This document shows, piece by piece, positions 7,878-13,438 of a stretch of DNA of 64,000 nt. Both the position numbers and the translations under genes were made by a program. The notes below the pieces were generated by a model. The model saw only the letters and a program-made list of their open reading frames with translations. It had not been told where the DNA came from and did not search any database. Position 1 is the first letter of the stretch. Every line of letters starts with the position of its first letter. The stretch spans positions 290,099 through 354,098 of IMG/VR virus record IMGVR_UViG_3300043418_000072, one strand, 5' to 3'.

Positions 7878-7953
7878 TGGCATCCTGTACGGGAATCGAA
7901 CCCGTCTCTACAACTTGAAAGGCTGTTGATCTAAACCGATAATCTAACAGGAT
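7878..7953 (-). tRNA. tRNA-Glu(TTC)
   Basis: Loop CTTTCAA, CCA. Confidence 0.9.
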
Positions 7954-7960
7954 ATAAAAC

Positions 7961-8037
7961 TGGCGCCTCGTATCGGGCTCGAACCGACGGCCTCAACAGT
8001 GACAGTGTTGCGCTCTAACCAACTGAGCTAACGAAGC
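7961..8037 (-). tRNA. tRNA-Asp(GTC)
   Basis: Loop CTGTCAC, CCA. Confidence 0.95.
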
Positions 8038-8044
8038 ATAAATT

Positions 8045-8378
8045 TCGAGGAGCATCATTCTTGAGGACTCTTACCCCACCCTTTTGCTCACGCTGTTGTT
8101 CACTGCGATTGCCACCATGCTCCCTCGCTGGCGGGTGTTTACTTTGTGGCTCTTGCTTTCCACTTGATTCTGTTAGTTCAAGGAATACACGGCGTTAAAC
8201 TAACCCACAAACTAGATGTGGTGATTAACTTCTGTCCTTGTTGCAGTCTTTCCGCTAACAATACTTTTCCTTACCCTACTGGACCGACTTTGCTTATCGT
8301 TCGTCACTTTCGTGAAGCCCGGGAAGTCTCTCCCGGGTCGGTTTCCGTCTACTCTAGTACTCACTATTGTCTTAGTGT
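8045..8378 (-). ncRNA. About 330-nt structured RNA candidate
   Basis: No credible ORF; helices CGAGGGAGCAT/ATGCTCCTCG, CCCGGGA/TCCCGGG, TCAC-GAAA-GTGA. Confidence 0.5.
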
Positions 8379-8380
8379 TT

Positions 8381-8466
8381 TGGTGGGGATAGTTAGATTC
8401 GAACCAACTCATCCAGTGGAAACAGATTTACAGTCTGCCGCGCCTCTCCAACTGCGCCGTATCCCC
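8381..8466 (-). tRNA. tRNA-Tyr(GTA)
   Basis: Loop CTGTAAA, long variable arm, CCA. Confidence 0.95.
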
Positions 8467-8478
8467 ATTATTTCTTTA

Positions 8479-8658
8479 TGCTGTTAAGGCTGATATCTAA
8501 TAAACCCTACTAGGAATCGAACCTAGGCCCCCGACGGATTATGCCGGTGTGCGTCCACTACACTATAGAGACTCCCTCCTCTTTCGCTCGGCAAAGCTAC
8601 ACGAATTGAGGTTAGATTTCAGACTGCTTTCAGATTGCCGTCATCAGCCTTAACAACA
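8479..8658 (-). ncRNA. Long-stem RNA enclosing a CCA-less tRNA-like cloverleaf
   Basis: 16-nt terminal inverted repeat; D-like GTG-TAGTGGAC-GCAC; CTAGG-TTCGATT-CCTAG. Confidence 0.55.
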
Positions 8659-8664
8659 CAAACT

Positions 8665-8734
8665 TGGCGCCCCTAACAGGAATCGAACCTGTCTACGTTC
8701 GGCTTCAAATCCGACTCGCAACTCAGTCCGGGGC
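8665..8734 (-). tRNA. Atypical 70-nt tRNA (vestigial D-arm, 8-nt anticodon loop ATTTGAAG; identity unclear)
   Basis: GCCCC/GGGGC acceptor, ACAGG-TTCGATT-CCTGT, G73, CCA. Confidence 0.55.
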
Positions 8735-8744
8735 ATAAACTTAT

Positions 8745-8889
8745 GTACATCAGCGGGATTCGAACCCGCACACATCACCCGAACATACCGCATTGTTAGC
8801 GGCTTACACATCCTAGGCCACTGGCCTTTACTGTCGATGTCCTACTTAGTGTTATGGGTAATGCTCTCCCAATTGATAGTATGACGCAC
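8745..8889 (-). ncRNA. tRNA-like RNA with about 70-nt branched insert replacing the anticodon loop
   Basis: Acceptor GTGCGTCA/TGATGTAC, D-arm, CATTACC/GGTGATG, GCGGG-TTCGAAT-CCCGC; no encoded CCA. Confidence 0.65.
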
Positions 8890-8963
8890 GAAATAGAAAC
8901 ACATTGCTAGTTTCGCCTTGAGCCGACTTTAAAATCAGATGCGGTTTAAGCAATGTGAAAACT

Positions 8964-9103
8964 TGGTGTAGTAATTGGGACTTGAACCCAACTAGTTATC
9001 TGTTTTTACAAACGGGTGATATCACTTCCCATCGCCATATGCCCCTCGGGTTTGCAATCCTGCTACGCACACAGTCAAATAACCTGTCAACCTAACTTAC
9101 CAC
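8964..9103 (-). ncRNA. Miniature tmRNA-like RNA (140 nt)
   Basis: GTGGTAA/TTACTAC with G3:U70, A73, CCA; stemless D-loop GTTAGGTTGACA; helix GGTTATTTG/CAGATAACT; TTGGG-TTCAAGT-CCCAA. Confidence 0.65.
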
Positions 9104-9110
9104 AAAAACT

Positions 9111-9185
9111 TGGAAGAGCTACGGGGAATCGAACCCCGCTTGCCTGGATGAAAACCAGATGTCCTAACCGATAGACGATAGCTCC
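9111..9185 (-). tRNA. tRNA-Glu(TTC)
   Basis: Loop TTTTCAT, CCA. Confidence 0.93.
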
Positions 9186-9186
9186 A

Positions 9187-9269
9187 CTATATGTAAACAC
9201 AATACTCATCCGCTTTACGCTAATATCACTTTAGGCGATTTGATTGTTCGGCATTGTGTTTGCATATAG
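9187..9269 (-). ncRNA. Long-stem RNA candidate
   Basis: 17-nt inverted repeat ctatatgtaaacacaat / attgtgtttgcatatag. Confidence 0.5.
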
Positions 9270-9369
9270 AGCCCTGTAACTTGTACAGGGATATATGACA
9301 GTATCTTTTTAAAGACTGTTAGCATTACAGTACGATCACTGCGCTGCGTTGTTTGTTTAACATGTATGT

Positions 9370-9398
9370 ATTATAGTACCAATTTCTTTATTGGACAA
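9370..9398 (-). promoter_or_regulatory. Sigma70-type promoter
   Basis: TTGTCC-N17-TATAAT; shares downstream ACAYACATGTTAA with the 9465 promoter. Confidence 0.7.
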
Positions 9399-9464
9399 CT
9401 GTTATTTTCTAACTGTTGTTTTTATGCTACTCTACACTTTATGCTAATTTCTTAACATGTGTGT

Positions 9465-9493
9465 ATTATAGCACCCATTTCATTAAGTGTCAA
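9465..9493 (-). promoter_or_regulatory. Sigma70-type promoter
   Basis: TTGACA-N17-TATAAT. Confidence 0.85.
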
Positions 9494-9496
9494 ATT

Positions 9497-9573
9497 TGGT
9501 ACCCCTGGCTGGATTCGAACCTGCAACCAAAAGATTTTAAGTCTGTCCGCACTACCAATTAGCGTACAGGGGC
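9497..9573 (-). tRNA. tRNA-Leu(TAA), short variable loop
   Basis: Loop CTTAAAA, A73, CCA. Confidence 0.85.
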
Positions 9574-9576
9574 ATA

Positions 9577-9653
9577 TGGTACCTTCGGGCGGATTCGAAC
9601 CCCCAACCAACAGTTTCTAAAACTATCCGCACTACCAATTAGCGTACGAAGGC
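9577..9653 (-). tRNA. tRNA-Leu(TAG), short variable loop
   Basis: Loop TTTAGAA, A73, CCA. Confidence 0.85.
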
Positions 9654-9661
9654 ATTGTATG

Positions 9662-9918
9662 TGGCTTCGTTAGCAGGACTCGAACCTGCGACCCGGGGCT
9701 TAAATCGCGTATGCTGGGTGCCCCGTGAGTTTCCAAAAGTTACCCTCACATCCCCTCAATGCCTTATCTCACTTTTCACACATTTCAACCTGTCCCGCAC
9801 TTCCCGGGCTCACAGTGTTTGGTTTTAAAGCCTACGCGATTGTTATCTACTTTGTGCTACTAGATGTATTATCTCATCTACTCAATGCTGCTCTACCTTC
9901 TCTCTACTCTATAACGAA
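9662..9918 (-). ncRNA. 257-nt tRNA-like RNA with large insert and probable pseudoknot
   Basis: Acceptor TTCGTTA/TAACGAA, G73, CCA; GCAGG-TTCGAGT-CCTGC; CGGGGC/GCCCCG; AATCGCGTA/TACGCGATT. Confidence 0.65.
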
Positions 9919-9925
9919 ATAAACT

Positions 9926-10002
9926 TGGTACCCCGTGTCTGATTCGAACAGACAGCCAACTCCTTTTGAGAGAATCCGCACTACCAATTAGCGTAACGGG
10001 GC
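9926..10002 (-). tRNA. tRNA-Leu(CAA), short variable loop
   Basis: Loop CTCAAAA, A73, CCA. Confidence 0.85.
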
Positions 10003-10012
10003 ATTTAAATTT

Positions 10013-10088
10013 TGGTGCAACCTCCAGGGATCGAACCTGGTTCAATGGCTCTTCAGACCACCGCTATGACCACATCAGCTAAAGTTGC
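10013..10088 (-). tRNA. tRNA-Phe(GAA)
   Basis: Loop CTGAAGA, CCA. Confidence 0.9.
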
Positions 10089-10091
10089 ATT

Positions 10092-10166
10092 TGGTAGTTC
10101 CTAGTGGTGTCGAACCACCGACCTCTACAATGTCAATGTAGCGTTCTACCGCTGAACTAAGGAACT
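10092..10166 (-). tRNA. tRNA-Val(GAC)
   Basis: Loop TTGACAT, CCA. Confidence 0.93.
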
Positions 10167-10173
10167 ATAAAAC

Positions 10174-10247
10174 TGGCACGGGAACCGGGGCTCGAACCCG
10201 GAACGACAGAGTCAAAGTCTGTTGTGTTACCATTACACCATCCCCGA
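10174..10247 (-). tRNA. tRNA-Gln(TTG)
   Basis: Loop CTTTGAC, G73, CCA. Confidence 0.92.
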
Positions 10248-10255
10248 ACAAAAAT

Positions 10256-10334
10256 TGGACACTGTGGTGTAAGTTGCAGTACACATTACTAACTATTTGC
10301 AAGGCTACACATAGCGGCCCCGCTTAACACAGTG
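10256..10334 (-). tRNA. Atypical tRNA-like RNA, possibly Cys
   Basis: Perfect CACTGTG/CACAGTG, U73, CCA; TTGCAAA segment; non-canonical D and T arms. Confidence 0.45.
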
Positions 10335-10342
10335 ATAAAAAT

Positions 10343-10514
10343 TGGAGTCTAGTGCTGTTGTGACACAGCAACATCCCTTGAGCGAGAGCGTAGGAACTAA
10401 ATCTACGGGTTTAACACCTCTTGGGTTGAACAGTCAGGACAATTACTTTGTAAGCGTACTAAACAGCGCCTGTTCAGAGCGCTCCCTTTGGGTTACTTTC
10501 ATTTCCAACTAGAC
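10343..10514 (-). ncRNA. 172-nt tRNA-like RNA
   Basis: GTCTAGT/ACTAGAC + U + CCA; adjacent GCTGT-GTCACA-ACAGC T-arm analogue. Confidence 0.5.
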
Positions 10515-10519
10515 ATAAT

Positions 10520-10598
10520 TGGCTCCGAGTGTGGGAATCGAACCCACCTAACCACTGATTAACAGTCAGGTCCCTGCACCTTGCTTGGATTTCTCGGA
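10520..10598 (-). tRNA. tRNA-Asn(GTT)
   Basis: Loop CTGTTAA, G73, CCA. Confidence 0.9.
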
Positions 10599-10604
10599 AT
10601 AACT

Positions 10605-10680
10605 TGGTGCCCCAGTCCGGAATCGAACCGACTTCTCCTGCTTACAAGACAGGACCTCATCCATTAAAGGTTTCAAGGGC
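10605..10680 (-). tRNA. tRNA-Thr(TGT)
   Basis: Loop CTTGTAA, CCA. Confidence 0.88.
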
Positions 10681-10685
10681 ATATA

Positions 10686-10762
10686 TGGCATACCAGGAGA
10701 GATTCGAACTCCCATCACGCAATTTTGGAGACTGCTGTTCTGCCAATTGGAACTACTGGTAT
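10686..10762 (-). tRNA. tRNA-Trp(CCA) with U11-A24
   Basis: ATACCAG TA GTTC CAATTGGCA GAAC A GCAGT CTCCAAA ATTGC; G73, CCA. Confidence 0.93.
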
Positions 10763-10769
10763 ATAAACT

Positions 10770-10853
10770 TGGTGGATACTGTAGGAATCGAACCTACTCA
10801 CTTTACGAACTGGGTTACAGCCAGCCACACCTCTCCAACTGTGTCGAGTATCC
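10770..10853 (-). tRNA. tRNA-Tyr(GTA)
   Basis: Loop CTGTAAC, long variable arm, CCA. Confidence 0.93.
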
Positions 10854-10861
10854 ATTAACTT

Positions 10862-10935
10862 TGGTACCTGGTACAAGAATCGAACTTGTGATAAAGGCTT
10901 ATCAAGCCTCCGTTATACCATTTAACTAACCAGGT
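10862..10935 (-). tRNA. tRNA-Ile(GAT)
   Basis: Loop TTGATAA, CCA. Confidence 0.93.
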
Positions 10936-10941
10936 AAAATT

Positions 10942-11030
10942 TGGCGGGGAGATAGTAGAATCGAACTCTAACCACTTTCGCAGTCCATCGGTTTTCAAGA
11001 CCGTGACAGGCCCAGCCTGCATAACTCCCC
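10942..11030 (-). tRNA. tRNA-Ser(TGA)
   Basis: Loop CTTGAAA, long variable arm, G73, CCA. Confidence 0.88.
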
Positions 11031-11035
11031 GTGAT

Positions 11036-11109
11036 TGGTCTGGGTAGCTGGAATCGAACCAGCGCCTCGAGTATCCAAGACTCGTCGACTACCATTATCC
11101 TATACCCAG
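11036..11109 (-). tRNA. tRNA-Pro(TGG)
   Basis: Loop CTTGGAT, CCA. Confidence 0.92.
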
Positions 11110-11116
11110 ATTATTT

Positions 11117-11191
11117 TGGTGGAGGCCGGGGGTATCGAACCCCTCTAGACAATCTACGTGCAAGGCAGATCCGCAGCCCTCTGCTGCCCCC
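11117..11191 (-). tRNA. tRNA-Ala(TGC), reduced D-arm
   Basis: Loop CTTGCAC, G3:U70, A73, CCA. Confidence 0.8.
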
Positions 11192-11200
11192 ATAAAAGGT

Positions 11201-11347
11201 TTTTGAGAGCCCAACTATCCTCCTGGGAGGACTCACTGGATTGTCTCGTATGGACGAGTTTATCAACCACTATAGCAGCCTGGCGTTATCATGTAGTAGA
11301 CACTACACTATGCTATGTGGGACTCAAGTCCTACGTCTATCTCAAAA
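11201..11347 (-). ncRNA. Structured RNA candidate
   Basis: TTTTGAGA/TCTCAAAA ends; GGAC-TTGA-GTCC, CTCGT/ACGAG, TCCTCC/GGAGGA hairpins. Confidence 0.4.
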
Positions 11348-11349
11348 CT

Positions 11350-11424
11350 TGGTGGATGTAGCTAGATTCGAACTAGCGATAGTTACCGTATGAAGGTAGT
11401 GCATTACCACTTTGCTATACATCC
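11350..11424 (-). tRNA. tRNA-Met or Ile2 (CAT)
   Basis: Loop TTCATAC, A73, CCA. Confidence 0.88.
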
Positions 11425-11504
11425 AAATATATTCCTTAAGGTTTCCGGCGCTGGGCTCGGACATAGTATAGAATCAGAATCTATCTATCATCGTCATCCT
11501 TAAG

Positions 11505-11602
11505 GTATTCATAAACAAACTAGTGGGTCGCTGCCAAAAAATATGTTTCAAATATATTCTAGTCTTCTAGTTTGTTTGTGAATACCCTGTATTGCTACAG
11601 GA
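11505..11602 (-). ncRNA. CCTGT hairpin plus 19-bp long-stem RNA candidate
   Basis: gtattcataaacaaactag / ctagtttgtttgtgaatac; same layout as 9187-9292. Confidence 0.45.
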
Positions 11603-11746
11603 TATGTTAGGGTCGATACCCTAACCAGTTATTTGTACTCTGCTGTTACCGCCAGCATTTCATCCAACTGTCCGCCCGTTTAAAGATTATTATAGTGTTC
11701 TTTCAGGTCCTCGTTACCTGGGCATATAGCACTTATCTAACACTGT

Positions 11747-11899
11747 CTATGCGTGAAGTGAAAACTTTTTACGGCTTTCTAGTTCCTTCCTTGCACGTTC
11801 TAACTTTTCTTGAATCAACGTATTACGTTGTTCTGTTGTTAGCGTATGCTCGGCAGTAAACTTTACTTCACGAATTCTTTTATTAAAGTCTACCTTCAA
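11747..11899 (-). CDS. Small 50-aa protein (TTG start; KVDFNKRIREVKFTAEHTLTTEQRNTLIQEKLERARKELESRKKFSLHA)
   Basis: AAGGA RBS directly after the terminator U-tract; below ORF-track cutoff. Confidence 0.55.
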   Translation of the reverse strand: MKVDFNKRIREVKFTAEHTLTTEQRNTLIQEKLERARKELESRKKFSLHA

Positions 11900-11917
11900 A
11901 AATTTCTTCCTTAAAAC

Positions 11918-11947
11918 AAAAAACCCTAGGGTTTTTAATCCTAGGGT
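11918..11947 (-). terminator. Intrinsic terminator of candidate attenuator
   Basis: ACCCTAGG-ATTAAAAAC-CCTAGGGT + TTTTT. Confidence 0.85.
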
Positions 11948-11973
11948 CCTTTAAGTTTGTTAGCTACTACTTG

Positions 11974-12123
11974 TTAAGCGTAACCACTTCCCTCTAAGAA
12001 CCCTAAACTAATCTCCGGTGCGCGATCATTCGTATTCAAACTAAACGACATCCCTGACCAATAGGCCACTGTGCCTAAGGTAGACTGTTGTTGTTTAAGT
12101 GAATGAAGAATGTTTTGCATCAT
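11974..12123 (-). CDS. Candidate leader peptide, 49 aa (MMQNILHSLKQQQSTLGTVAYWSGMSFSLNTNDRAPEISLGFLEGSGYA)
   Basis: ATG 6 nt after the -10 box (leaderless); codons 40-43 complementary to the terminator 5' arm. Confidence 0.65.
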   Translation of the reverse strand: MMQNILHSLKQQQSTLGTVAYWSGMSFSLNTNDRAPEISLGFLEGSGYA

Positions 12124-12129
12124 GTTAGT

Positions 12130-12158
12130 ATTGTATGTTTATTTACCTTTGTTGTCAA
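12130..12158 (-). promoter_or_regulatory. Sigma70-type promoter with nested TAAATA
   Basis: TTGACA-N17-TACAAT; TAAATA at 12145-12140. Confidence 0.85.
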
Positions 12159-12233
12159 CCTCTTTAACAACATCTGGTAAATTTATTTATCTTTTTGTTT
12201 AAACTTTCGTTTCTTTGTTTGTTACAAGCCTCA

Positions 12234-12262
12234 ATTGTATGACACTTGTCTTTCTGTGTCAA
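12234..12262 (-). promoter_or_regulatory. Sigma70-type promoter
   Basis: TTGACA-N17-TACAAT. Confidence 0.8.
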
Positions 12263-12279
12263 CTACAACTTTTACCATT

Positions 12280-12363
12280 TGGTGCGAGAGACGGGACTCG
12301 AACCCGTAAGCCTTTCGGCGGCAGATTTTAAGTCTGCTGTGTATACCATTCCACCACTCTCGC
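12280..12363 (-). tRNA. tRNA-Leu(TAA), long variable arm
   Basis: Loop CTTAAAA, CCA. Confidence 0.95.
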
Positions 12364-12372
12364 GATACTTCT

Positions 12373-12401
12373 ATTATATATGCTTAACACAAGAGTGTCA
12401 A
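12373..12401 (-). promoter_or_regulatory. Sigma70-type promoter
   Basis: TTGACA-N17-TATAAT. Confidence 0.85.
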
Positions 12402-12411
12402 GCAATTTGTT

Positions 12412-12486
12412 TGGTCCGGCGTGCAGGAATCGAACCCACATTCGCAAGGTAGAAGCTTGCTGTACTATCCATTGTACTAACGCCAG
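12412..12486 (-). tRNA. tRNA-Arg(TCT)
   Basis: Loop CTTCTAC, CCA. Confidence 0.92.
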
Positions 12487-12491
12487 AAATT

Positions 12492-12566
12492 TGGTGCACC
12501 AACTTGGAATTGAACCAAGACTCAACCGATTATGAGTCGGCTGCTTTACCATTAAGCTATTGGTGC
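12492..12566 (-). tRNA. tRNA-Ile2/Met(CAT), Ile2-like
   Basis: CGACTCATAATCG anticodon arm, CCA. Confidence 0.88.
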
Positions 12567-12590
12567 ATAACGAACATTATAACTAATTGA

Positions 12591-13364
12591 TCATTGCGTG
12601 TCAACTGTGTTTAGCGTCTCGTTAAGAAAAATTTTAACTCTGTCCCTTGATACGGCATTTGCATCTGCGTTATACCCATAGGCACATTGTGTTCCCTTCC
12701 AGCACACTGCACTTCCGCTACCATAGCTGTCAAATGCGTGGTGTGTATTTTCGTAATAATTGTACTTAGCATCTTTAAAGTTTTCAGACTGGGCTAATGC
12801 TTTGCAGCGATCTGCCGCTGCCCATTCGTCGCTAAGACCTATATGTATTTGCAGCGGTATTGCTAGTTTGCGTTCAGCAATCGGTTCTCTACAGGTCGGA
12901 TAGTAGGCCACTGCACTTGCAAATACGCCCGAATCGTCTGATGCAATCAGCAACGAAGTTATGCCACCTAAGGAAAACCCGATCACCGACACCTTCCCGT
13001 TGCTCCACGGTTGCTGTTTAACCCACTTGCCAACTGCTATTGCATCTTGTACTGTATTGTAGGAATATGACGAGTTACCCTTAATTGAGCATATATTCGA
13101 CAGTCCGCGGGTGCTAAATGAGTCAATCACTATTGCATTGTACCCTGCATCGTCAATGTATCGTGCCCAGTCATGATAGTGCATGTTTCGCGGGCCGTTG
13201 CATCCATTCAGTAGGAGCACTGTGCCCCGTTTGGCTTTTTCGTTGACTCGCAGAGACAGGCTAGCTTCGTAGTCGGTGTTATCAACCTGCACTGATACCG
13301 CATTGCAATAAGTTGCAAATAAGGCTAGCGAAAGTAATACTAAAGTTTTACGCATTTTGATCAT
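12591..13364 (-). CDS. Dienelactone hydrolase-family alpha/beta hydrolase with signal peptide
   Basis: GFSLGG elbow, D and HAFD triad residues, AVAYYP; hydrophobic N-terminus. Confidence 0.8.
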   Translation of the reverse strand: MIKMRKTLVLLSLALFATYCNAVSVQVDNTDYEASLSLRVNEKAKRGTVLLLNGCNGPRNMHYHDWARYIDDAGYNAIVIDSFSTRGLSNICSIKGNSSYSYNTVQDAIAVGKWVKQQPWSNGKVSVIGFSLGGITSLLIASDDSGVFASAVAYYPTCREPIAERKLAIPLQIHIGLSDEWAAADRCKALAQSENFKDAKYNYYENTHHAFDSYGSGSAVCWKGTQCAYGYNADANAVSRDRVKIFLNETLNTVDTQ

Positions 13365-13369
13365 CCATT

Positions 13370-13409
13370 AAAAAACGGTACACTGCATTTTAGCACAGGT
13401 ACCGTTTTT
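13370..13409. terminator. Probable bidirectional terminator
   Basis: AAAAACGGTAC / GTACCGTTTTT. Confidence 0.6.
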
Positions 13410-13438
13410 GGGTTAGCTAATGTTGTTTTATCGTAACA

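Noticed and set aside
8479-8658. Hammerhead ribozyme (CTGATGA...GAAA)
   Set aside because: CTGAT is paired by ATCAG, only 2 bp of stem I can form after the putative cleavage site, and stem II closure is non-canonical
8703-8709. CTTCAAA, an opal-suppressor / Sec-type anticodon loop
   Set aside because: It lies on the plus strand, but the T-loop and CCA of that tRNA are on the minus strand, where the loop reads ATTTGAAG
8745-9918. Group I introns in tRNAs
   Set aside because: Inserts are about 70 nt, or lie in the D-domain, and no P/Q/R/S core motifs were recognised
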